Assembly: GCA_051294905.1 (NCBI GenBank)
Contig: CM119371.1
Coordinates: 36,458,001 to 36,522,000, forward strand
Direction of reading: 5' to 3'
DNA: 64,000 bases
Origin: Botryllus schlosseri
Taxonomy: Eukaryota
In this document: positions 12,001-24,000 of the stretch, piece after piece
How positions within the stretch are numbered: position 1 is the first letter of the stretch
Layout of the letters: the number at the start of each line of letters is the position of its first letter
Program-made: the position numbers and the translations under genes
The notes under the pieces: generated by a model
What the model saw: the letters and a program-made list of their open reading frames with translations, nothing else
What the model was told of the DNA's origin: nothing
The model's database searches: none

Positions 12001-15000
12001 TCCCAACATTTTCGGCTGACACTCGTCAGGGGTAATCGTCAGCAACGAATAGAGAATTGGGAAGAGCGTTGCACCTCAACAATTGCATCACCGAATATGA
12101 CGCACTCGTGTGTTTCTCGCCGAATGCGTTAGTAATCACAGTGGTGCATCTTCTTTAGTACAAAATGATAGCGTATACCGTAGATCATCAAGCATGTCGT
12201 AATATAACACCAGGTGCGTTCTCAAGAAGCCAGCCCAACCCCACAGGCAAGGCGTCAACCGCCTTTGGACACCCACGACCGATCATTACGACAAAGACTG
12301 GACACATTAACTAGGTAGCTATCCCGGTTTGTTATTCATCAAGTGTAGCTATGGTCAGTGACCGAACACTTGTACTTTTCAAGTATTGTTCAGTTCAAGT
12401 AGTCTAGTGCAGTGTTTCTCAACCTTTTTGTCTTCGTGCACCCCTTTGGACCACCACAGACCCTCCTAGTTTTAGTTCAAATTTGCTCTATTATCATGCA
12501 ACCGTCATCTTTTCTGTGAAAATAGTAACTGCAGGCTAGTGGTGACGGCAGCAGAATGACCTTTCTTGACATTAACGTCATACTATTTATGAAGAGACTG
12601 GGAATGCTTCTATTTCAAAGCGAATTCTCTTGCTGCACGCGGCCGTGTCTTGAAATTCCAATAATTTCCACAAAAATAGATGACTGCAAATGTAATAATA
12701 ACACCTAACGCTTCAGACGACACCTTTGGATATGATCACAACATGCATGGCACCAATATGATGTCAAGCCTCGTTATTTCTATCTAGCAGCTCATCTTGA
12801 AGTTATTCTGGAACAGCAGTTATGTTTATCACAGGGGAAAATGGATTTTTGCAAACAAATTTATTCAAAAACATATCCGATTTGGCGATTAAAATGGGTT
12901 TGCACGGTGAAATATATTTCGTATCAGACTACTCCCGATGCTACTTGGATAGTTCGGTGATAGGTTTGCACCCGGTGACAGGAATGGTCATGTCTTGAAA
13001 AATAGCCATTGTCTCACGGTAACTGATTATATTTTCGAAGATTCTAACTATTTGCAGTGTCACTGGCCGTTTTGGGAAGATATATCTTGAAATTTCGAAA
13101 GTAGCTAACTCCGATTAACTGCTAAAAGTAGGCTATGCGAACTCGCGACATAATATAATCTTTAATACTAATTTATCAGTGAGCGTTTTTCTGACTTTCA
13201 TTCTCCACTCACACTTATAGTAGGTGTCATATGTCTCTGAAATTGCTACTTGTAATTGTAATTCTACTTGTCATTGAGTATATAGTTACCGTGTTACTTC
13301 AACGCCACCAGCAACAGTTACCACTTTTACTATCTCTGATCATTTGTCTGTGTGAAATGAACTCAAATAATCTTACATTACTCAAGAAATGGAATAGTTT
13401 CATTTGCAACAAGTCGCAAACGTTTGATGCAGTGTCTAAGTATTTTTTGTTTTCCAGGCAACTGGACCAGTGGAGCAGCAACACTAAGACCCAGAGAGAA
13501 TCCGTCGACAACGAAGAGATGACGAGATGGGTGAGGTCACGACGCTGCCCTGAAATTTTTATGCGTCTCTGCGAAATTACGATAGACGAGTGGGTTTGGT
13601 ATTTTTGAATGCATATCCCGATCCATATTTGAACTTGGCATTGGGGTATCTAATCTCTGCCGCCTCACAGTATCTGTTCTGTAGACTTGGACAATCATCT
13701 AATTAGACTGATTTCAGCGAAATGTCGATAATCAAATTCGCGAAATGTTTCTTTGGTCTAGTTCTAATTCCCGCAAATGCTACAGGAAAACTATAGGGGA
13801 AAGGAGGCGAAGATGAGACACTTTTCTGATATTCCACGCCACTTGAAGGGTGTTGCCGTCTGAGGAATAATGTTGGTACCAATGGAAAGCCTGTGATCTG
13901 TACTATTCATGACTCTGTGTTGTGTTATATTGAACAACATTCTTGTGGATTTATTGGCCCTCAAAAATCCTTGCTCAAATGTCTCAACCTACCCCCAGGT
14001 GAGGGTAAGATGAGACACGCCGTGCTCAAGATGAGGCACCAAGCAATTCTGGCTCATTACACCACCGATTCATCCCAAATGACGAATCAACTAGCAACCT
14101 CATGAGTAAAATATAATAATCATGAAATAATTCACTTTTAAAAAGAATTTGTACATCTTATACGAATTTAAATGACATCGAAAACCAATTATCCATGGGA
14201 TCGAGCAACAATATGAATTTTGTTATTATTTTGACTTGCAATGTCACATCTGGTCAACCACTAGATAAATAATCTAGTATGTGAAGAGCTTCTTGGAGGT
14301 ACAGAACTTCAATATACAATTAAATAGTATATTCATATTGAAATGAACCCGAATATTTTCGGCTGACACTCGTCAGGGGTAATCGTCAGCAACTAGTAGA
14401 GAATTGGAAAGAACATTGTATATCGACAATCGTATCACAAAATATGACGTCACCAGCATGAAATTTCGAATGCGAGAGCGTTCAATGTACTATTTTTAGG
14501 TGGTACACGAACTCCTTTTGTTGACAATGGCCTTTGATCTTAAGATTGATGCTGATCGATCAAAGGCCATTAATTCTGCCATCGGCAAACATCTGTTGGA
14601 TAATCCGATTTGTGCGAATAATTATCGAGACGACCGATTTCGAATCGTTGGGCGGGGCCGTTCACAATTCCATTTGTGTGCCTTGGAATCAACTTTTATC
14701 AAAATACACCAACCAAAACTCTGTCAACAAAAGGAGTTCGTGTACCACCTAAAAATAGTACATTGAACGCTTTCTCATTCGAAATTTCATGCTGGTGACG
14801 TCATATTTTGTGATACGATTGTTGATACACAATGTTCTTTCCAATTCTCTACTAGTTGCTGACGATTACCCCTGACGAGTGTCAGCCGAAAATATTCGGG
14901 TTCATTTCAATATGAATATACTATTTAATCTAGTATGTGTGCCATGAACAGTAAATTTAGAATATTGCGAGGCTTTCAGTGAAAAAGCCCTCTGATAACC

Positions 15001-18000
15001 ATGTCTCATCTTACCCCCACACCTCAAAAAAATGTTAAAATGTTCTGTCTGTTACTTTTCAGAGGTAAGCGCATGATGACACTGCTAATATTGCACTTTA
15101 CCAGCTTCGGTAATGTTGTTTTATAATATGAAGTACTAAGATAGCCATGCCCTTACAAACACGAATTCACAGAACTGACATAGACTATGAAAATATAGTT
15201 TTTGCCGTTTTTCTGCCCAACATCAAATCTGTTTTCCTTGTTGATATGGTAGGACTATAGAATGAGATTATGGGCACAACATAGCTGAAGGAATATGTCC
15301 ATCAGAAAATTGTTCTATGAGAAAATTGCATGTCTCATCTTGGCCTCCTCTCCCCATATAGTGCAAAACTTTGCTGTACAGACATTTGTCATTCTCTTGC
15401 TTGGACCGGAACTTGAATTCTATCTGCTGTCGGTCTTTTTTCAAGTCGTTTCATTTGCTGTGATAGCGACAGGAGATGTCGAAACTGTCCGAAGTGAGAG
15501 AGACCTTCGAAGAGAAGCAGCGGCAATTGGACGACATGATGGACCGGGTCTCGGCCAGGATCGGGTCCGACCGGTCCGCCAGGACTCCCCGAAAAGGTCC
15601 GGTCATTATTAAGAGTAGGCAAAGCTCGAGTCATTTGATTCTGAACCGCCTGTTTGTCTTTGAGTATTCGAATATCGCTTATTACGACGTCATAACAGTA
15701 TAAAAGATGTGAAAATTTTAAATATGTACCTTTTATGCCACTACAAACAATATAATGGCAGTTCTAGAGCACATTGGCAATTATTTGAAATATATTTTCA
15801 ACTATACCCATTTCATTGCATTTTGTGACAATGCTGCACATTAGGGGTCTTCAAAACCGACTTTCCTTCTCAAATCGTACTGGCTACTTGATAAATTTGT
15901 TAGGTTACCTAATTTAAGCCTGCACACCAAATTTGGTTCAATTCCAACCAGTAGAAAGTTTCTATTTATTATATAAAAATTAATGAACAAAAATTTCAAA
16001 ATTTTCTGTTATGTTGTCTATTGATACGATGTTCACCAAATTTGGATTATGAATAAAATAGTATTTACAATTTACGATTACGATTACGACACACCAAATT
16101 TGGTGTGTAGGCTTAAATTAGGTAACCTAACAATTTTATGAGGTGAACAGAAAGTTTTCAAATTTTTTGATATTTATTTTTATATAATAAATAGAAACTT
16201 TCTTCTTCTGTAGCAATGCGGCTACTGGTTGGAATTCAACCAAATTTGGTGTGTAGGCTCAAATTAGGTAACCTAACAATTTTATCAAGTAGCCAGTTCG
16301 ATTTGAGAAAAAAAGTCATTTTTGAAGACCCCTACTGCACATGGGTTGATTGTGGCTTCTCAGATATGTCATGTACGCTAACGTGTGTAGCTTTGCAACA
16401 AAAGTTTCACAGTGGAAAATAGTATCGAAACTACGATTCTCGGTGATAAATTAACTCTTGGTTGGAAGGGAGCTCATAATTTAAGTACTAGAGTCGTGGA
16501 GTTAATCTCTGGGTCAGTGTCGTATGACACATATTTTAAAATATTTTTCAGGCGCATCATCGGGTCAGCTACCCTCGACCAGCTTACGGCTTCTCATGGA
16601 CGCACAGTATGATGTAACAAAGGGCTCGTCAATCAGAGACTACGATCCAGTGCATTTGGAGAGGAACGTGCGCTGGGCCGATAAAATGCCGTACTCTGTG
16701 AACGCGAACCTTTTAGGTTGGTTTGAGATTATATTATTATCCTTCTAGTAAACTCTACCAAATCTCATTTATTAAGTATTGCTTACCGTTCGTTTTGAAG
16801 AGCATCTTTGCGACACAGAACTTCAATATACAATTGAATAGTGTATTCATGTTGAAATGAACCCGAATATTTTAGACTGACACTCGGCAGGGGTAATCGT
16901 CAGCTTCTAGTAGAGATTCGGAAAGAACATTGTATAACAGCAACCATTCAATTTCTACACCCAATTGAAGTAATTTTGACTTTTAGATTTCTGCCTCTGC
17001 TTTTAATTGATCAGGAATTCACAGCATTACAGGGTTGTAATCAAGTCGCAAGGCTCCGAGTCACAAGTCAATCTCACTTTTATAGTTTTGACTCGAGTCA
17101 AGTCGAGTCGTTTTCAATTCACCACCGAGTCAAGTCCAAGTCAGCGAGCAGAAGGTCGAGTCCGAGTCGTGGTATTATGACTCGAGTCCAAGTCATTGCG
17201 TTGAATGCTCATTTTCTAGTTGAAGTCCCGTTAAACCCACTTTCTATAACTCTGTTTGGTGATATCGAATGGTTCGCATTTTTAATATACTAATTTTCCT
17301 CACTTTTAGCAGTTTCTGGTCGCATTTTCAAGTACCAGTACCAATAGACGAAATCGCAATAGTGCGGTCTTTACTATTCTTCAAAATTGCCGTGAAATGT
17401 CGGTCTTGGCCGTATGAGTCTCGAGTCATATGACTTGGTTCGAGTCATGCACAATGACAAGAGTCTAAGTCGAGTCATTTCCGTCGCGAGTCGAGTCATC
17501 AGAACATCGTGACTCGAGTCGAGTCATGACCCAAATCAATACAACCCTGCAGCATTACTTCTACTTGAGTAATATTGCCGACCGCTCACACCACATCCGG
17601 CGAAAATGCCCAAAAAAGAAGCGAAGAAATACATTTATGTTTTCTACACACTACTCACTCCAATTGGTTTTGATTTTACTACTTCTTCCACGTGTTCAAT
17701 TTTTTAGGAAAAATTTTTTACTTTCACGTTTTTGATTTTGAAAAGTCAAAGGTAGTCTTGGGACGAGTTTCGGTCACCCACGGTTGTAACCAACTCGCAA
17801 GGTTCCGAGCCACAAGTCAATCTCACTTTGTTAGTTTTGAATCGAGTCAAGTCGAGTCATGTTCAATTCACCATCGAGTCAATTCCGAGTCAGTTAGCAG
17901 AGGGTCCAGTCCAAGTCCTTATGTTCACTGTTCAGTTTTCGCTTCAATTCGGTTTTACACACGTTTATCAACTCTGCTCAAGTGATATAGAATGGCTCGC

Positions 18001-21000
18001 ATTCATAATATCGTAATTTTCCTCAGTTTTAACAGTTTCTCGCCCTATTTTTTCAAGTATCAGGACTGATGGACGAAATACCAATAATGTGGTGACTTTA
18101 CTATTCTTCGAAGTTTCAATGAAATGTCTCTCGACTTGCGTACAAGTCGGGTCAATACAAAAATTGACTTGAGTCGAGTCATTTTACACATCGGAAAAAA
18201 AGACTCGAGTCACCAAAAAAATCGTGACTTGAGTCATTAAAACTAGGGCTAGTTTTTGCAACTTTTTTTTACAGCTTCCGGCAGCTTCCTAAATACTCGT
18301 AAGACATGTAGAGTGCTGTTTTAAGCAATTTGAAGGAATCTTATAGTGCAACTTTTTGCAACTTTTGTCCATTTTTTTCATGCCACTTTTTACAACATTT
18401 TGCAACTTTTTCGATTTTTCAGGAAAGTATTTTTGATTTTGGTGAAATACACGGCCAAATTCGACTGAAGTACCGCAAATTAGCACTGAAGGAACGTTCC
18501 GACGGGTGTTTCGGTAGCTGAGCCGGAAAGTTGGCCTTTTTTTTTAGTCAACCGAGCCAAATGTGGTCCTTTAGTGCAACTTTGTGGAAAAAATAAATGC
18601 AACTTTTTACTGTAACTTTTGTCAAAAATAAATGCAAATTTCCACGGATCTGCAACAAAAACTTGCCCTAATTATAACCCTTCATTCACCTATGATTATG
18701 TATGTTAACAGGTAGCGCGAAAAGTCCGAGAAATGCGAGCAAGGATGTGAGCGCTGTGGATATGGACACCTCCAACGAGACGGTGATGTCCAGCGACCTT
18801 TCCACCTCCGCGATTCGGAGAGATATCCGAGAAAAGTGGGTTTTATGGGTGGTTTAGTAAATTCTGGATGACAATTTTGCACCGACACCATCCTTATATT
18901 TGTGAAGAGGAAAAATGTCCCGACTGACTATATTCAAGTTAAGGACATGCCCAGGCTATCCATGTCAAAAACAAACATAAAATCCTTCAAGTAAATCATT
19001 AGTATTGCTCACATGCCTTTGATAACTTGAAGCTTGATTCGGAAATTCTCTTGAAGTCATGAATCATTCCACAGTTTTTCATATATCGAGTCTAAGTCGA
19101 TATTTTGTTAGGCACTGACTCGAGTCAAGTCATTGTAAAAATGTGACTCGAGTCTCTCTCCTCTCTATCTTGACGACTCGCTCCGCTTCAGATTCAGAAA
19201 CTTGGAAAAGGAGACGGAACAGTTGGATCAAATGTACAAGAGATACATCAACTCGAACTATAAAGACGTCGGTGCAAAGCTAACAGGTGCGCGCATGATT
19301 GATTGAAGAATGCCTCTCCGGCCTAACATGAAATTTAAAAGCTAGCGTCATATTCATAACATCTGCAATGTTCTTTCCAATTCTCTGCCGGTTGCTGTCG
19401 ATTACCCCTGACGAGTGTCAGCTGAAAATATTTGGGTTCATTTCGATATCAATATACTGATCAATTGTATGTTGCTGTACCTCTAAGAAGCTCATGTGCA
19501 TATAAACTCTATACTGAGTGTAAAAAGTGAGTTGTGTTGCAAAAAAAATTGAGAAATCTTGAAATTATATTTTTCAGACGAAAATTACCGGAACCCAGAT
19601 CCCAAACCCGAATATAAAGCATTCCGAGAATCATTTCCCGTCCCAAAATCGCCCGCAACAAAATCAACCTTGTCGGAAAGCGCCCATCGTCGATCGCCTC
19701 TAAAAGTTGACATGTTAACGCGGGAGATACCTGACTTGGAACTGTCGAAGCTTGACGCATCGCCACGGCAACAAGATCAAAGACCAAGATCGCCGACAAA
19801 TAGTGATGTCACAGAAGATAAAAGCAAGTCGCGTCCTGAATTAAAATCAAATGAATCACCGTCTAACGACGACGCATCTCGAGATACGCCTTTGCTGTCT
19901 ACGACCCATCCCGGGGCACAATCTGACCGCAAGGACACCGGGGCAGTGCCGGGACTGTCGTTAGGGTCCGGAAGTTCTAGCAGCTCTGAAATTTCAGAAC
20001 GTAGTTCAGTTTCGTCGATTTCACCCAGACCTGACTTAGCCGGACCGGCCCGGCCCTTCGACCGCATGGCGATTTTCGAGAAGAAAACGGAAGATATATT
20101 CTCCGGGCAAAATCTCTCAAAGTCAGCGGAATCTCCAGACCACCAAATATCATCGGACAACCCAAGGTCTCCGGACCGCCCCAAATATACAGACCGCTCA
20201 AAATCGCAGGATCACCCAAAATCTCCGGACCACCAGAAGTCGACAGACAGCCTGAAATCTTCGGAATGGCCGAAACCTCAAGGACGCCCCAAATCTCCGG
20301 ACCACCAATCCGATTCCGAAGAAAACGACCGGTTTCAAGATATACTTCGCAGCATCGACCAACGTAGCGCCCGCAGTATCGAGGGCGACACTGACCCAAA
20401 ACTAGCGGACATTCTCAACAAAGTAGAGCCTGCCCCGTCTCAAATTAGTACCGGACCAGTTTTGACGTCACCAAAGCGGCCCAGTGATGGACAGGTGGTA
20501 GTCGCGTCCAAATATCAATCCGAGAGTGACGATTCATCTTCAAGTATGTCGGAACACGTCAAGCAAGGCAAAAAAGATTCTCTGGGCATTGGTGAAAAAG
20601 GGATCGTCACATCAGAACAGGATCGCGGTCGGAGTGACTTTTCTGACGACCAGTCTTCAGCGAGCTCGATTTCGGGGAAAAATAACGACAAAAAATCTGA
20701 TTATCCCGATGATTTTGCGTCTTCTGCGTCTGAGGTAAAGACTATGTCCGACTACGAGCCTACTTCTACCTCCGCGCCCAGGATCGAAGAGAAGGTATTT
20801 CGAATCCTTTTTTCATTCCACCTTCCGCTGAGGCAGGGTTGTAATGACTCGAGTCAAGTTTTCATTTTGTAAATGCGTAAAATGACTCGACTCGAGTCAA
20901 TACAGATATCGTGCATGAATCAAGACTAGGGCGGCCAAGACACACATTTCATTGTAACTTCGAAGAATAGTCAAGCTACCGCGTCATTGGTATTCCGTCT

Positions 21001-24000
21001 ATCAGTCCTGATACTTGGAAAATAGCCCCACCCCCAGAAACCGTTGAGAATGAGGAAAGTTAGCAGGGTTGTAACCAAGTCCCAATCTCACTTTTATAGT
21101 TTTGACTCGAGCCAAGTCGAGTCATTTTCAAATCACCACCGAGTCAAGTCCGAGTCATCGAGCAAAGGGCCGAGTCCGAGTCATTGTGTTGACTGCTGAG
21201 TTTCCAGTTAAAGTCTTGTTAAAGCCACTTTTTATAACTCTGTTTCGTGATATCGAATGGTTCGCATTTATAATATACTAATTTTCCTCACTTTTGACAG
21301 TTTCAGGTCTCAATTTCAAGTACCAGTACTAATAGACGTAATCCCAATACTGTGGTTACTTTACTATTATTCGAAATTACAATGAAATCTCAGACTTGGC
21401 CGTCTGAGTCATATGAGTTGGTTTGAGTCATGAGCAATGACTCGAGTCCAAGTCGAGTCAAGACACAGATTGACTCAATTCGAGTCATTTCCGTGTTTTC
21501 AGACTCGGACTCAAGTCAAGCCAATACAACCCTGAAAATTAGTATATCATGAATGCGAGCCATTCTGTATCGCTCCAGCAGAGTTGGAAAGATGGGTTGG
21601 CAGATACCATTCACCTATGGAGTGTCCTGTTCACAGAAGGGGTTTAAAACCCACGGCGAATCATGATGATTGCTGGGAGAAATGACGAAGAAAGTCAATT
21701 CATGTCAATTTACCAGCGTGTCGCAGGCCCAGACGTGCTGATTTATTATATGTGTGCCGCTTCACCCATAGGCCTACTTGTCTTTTGATTATGGAGCAAT
21801 AATGGTGCGTAAATATCAATTCACTCCATCTTGCGCGAGACAATATTATTGTAAAGGCTACGATTAGCGGTTCGTCGTAAGTCCTACAAGTTTTTGTGAA
21901 TGCGTCACAACAACAAACGGAAGCCACTGTTCGTGATATCATATCAAGTTTATTTGAGTTGTTCCGCATCACATAAAATAAATATGCACAATCTTGCACC
22001 ACTTTAGAGCATTTATTTGAACGGCGTTTGATTGCGGTTGCTCAAAAATCCTGATATTTAGGTTTGTATCGTTATGAAGATATTATTCAATCCATTACAA
22101 GCAGAAGCAGCAATTTCCAAGACACATCAAATCAAATTACATTTTTATTAAAAATAAAAATGACCAGGACCCGATCCACAGTTTCAACCGTTGATTACAC
22201 CCTGTCGCATTCTCTTTCAGGCCGCCAGCCAGGAATTGGACGAGGACAGGTCCGGAGCTGACATCAACTGGTCCAACTTACAGCCGGACAAGTCTGGTAG
22301 GTGGCTCTGCCCGTGCAGCACCATTTACTCAATTCTCAGTTTTTTAGGAATAATTCCATGAAGTCTTTGTCAATTTTAGTAGGGTAGTCTTCAAGGGGCA
22401 GCTTCTTTTAAAATTGCAAAATCTAACCTCAAAACTAACGCAAAGTGACTAATGCCACCGCAAATAGCTACAATCTCGGATCATATATTCAGTTACCGTG
22501 ATACCGGCGCTATTTGGCTATCACTTGTAAAATTGATGCAACAAAGAAGATACATTGTGGCACGTTCCAAGTCCTCAGGCGAATTTACTCCTACGAATTT
22601 ACTATATAGCATCAATTCATTAGGGTTAAGTACATGCGTGAATGACGATTATACAATCTCCTCATGTTAACAAACTTACACTTATGGTAATCTTGTCAAA
22701 TAGTCCGGAAGTGCTGTCAATGTGTGAGTCCCTGATCTCTTGTAAAGAATTAAATACGTGCGCGCTTATCAACGGGTATTGCGTGGCCTTAGCGACGATT
22801 TGCGCAAGTCAGAATGTCCGAGTTGTTATGGAATCTGTTCTGTAACGACACCGATTTCAGGTGGTTCTAATCTTTCTAATCTTTTATAACGCAAGCCTTG
22901 ACCCACATCTTCTGATGGTTATGTTTAAGTGGTCGCAGATGTTCGATGTCATTTAGTTTCGCGATGTTAACTCTTGAATCGCTATCGCTAATCAACATAC
23001 ACTCAATGGCATTGTCTCTAAAGCATTGCAAGTAGAAGCAAAGGTATGCTAGGCCCGAGACACGATAGTTAGGCCAGCGATGATATCTTTCGTGCCAGGC
23101 CTATTGCAGATGCGATTGTGTGGGCCAGGGGTGGGTAACCTGCATCGGTTAAAGGAAATTTGTACGGCCGTCGACACGTAATTCAATTAGTATGTGTCGG
23201 CGGCCGTCGACATGCGAATTTAATTTACGAATTGACTCCCAAATTTTTGAGACATTTTAATTAATCTTGGAATTTTCTTTGCTGTAAGCGCGATTCAATG
23301 TTACTTCATTTTATCGATTCGTAGGGTAGCGCCCTTTGCAATCTGAACCGCACAGTAAACGCGAACAAACGGTAGAGGAAAATGCTGCGCCTGATATACA
23401 AAAATGGTGTACACCTCACGAAATCTGCTACCAATTCAACGAACATGTTTGCACGCAGGAGAGCTTGCAAAGTCGGCAGAACGCATCGAAGCCAGGCAAG
23501 ATCCTGTTGTCGATTTTGACGAGTCACAATCGGAACAGTCCATGGAAGCGCCGGATGATGTGTAAGCGGTTTATGATTTTGTCGGATATTCTATTGCATC
23601 AATGATGCGATAGTTGAAGAAAAGTTATTGTTTCATTCGAATGTGAAATTTGACAAATTTACGTAGCCAAGGACGTGAACATCTAAAAACAGTACATCGA
23701 GCTGAAGCCATCTGTTCGCCTCAATTAGTCAAATTTTCATGTCGGTGACGTCATTTATGATGATACGATTGTTGATATACAATTTTCTTTCCGATTCCCC
23801 ACTAGTTGTTGATCATTACCCCTGACGAGTGTCAGCCGAAAATATTCGGGTCCATTTCAATATCAATATGCTATTCAACTGCGTACTGATGTTCTGTACC
23901 TTCAAAAACCTGTTTCATTACTCAATTGGTTATCATTTTGACTCCTTCCACTTTTACTTGTCATTTTTCATTTGGTAAGTCAAAACTAGATGTAGAATCG

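Larger units (their letters stand above)
14284..14925 (+). mobile_element. 5'-truncated Penelope-like retroelement: inverted pLTR + GIY-YIG endonuclease C-terminus + direct pLTR
   Basis: ORF tail [55 protein letters not shown] (stop at 14766) matches the C-terminal pattern of PLE GIY-YIG domains. Arms of about 208 bp (14318-14526 and 14722-14929) are inverted, with about 4 mismatches. The direct repeat TAATCTAGTATGTG at 14270-14283 and 14926-14939 looks like a TSD. Confidence 0.85.
13796..15355. mobile_element. pogo/Tc1-mariner-type non-autonomous element hosting the Penelope-like insertion
   Basis: TIR GGGGAAAGGAGGCGAAGATGAGACA / TGTCTCATCTTGGCCTCCTCTCCCC with TA flanks and internal AAGATGAGACA repeats. 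Confidence 0.7.

Noticed and set aside
19559..20872. Stand-alone 437-aa gene
   Set aside because: It is OFD1 exon 16 (19578-20794) read through its flanking introns.
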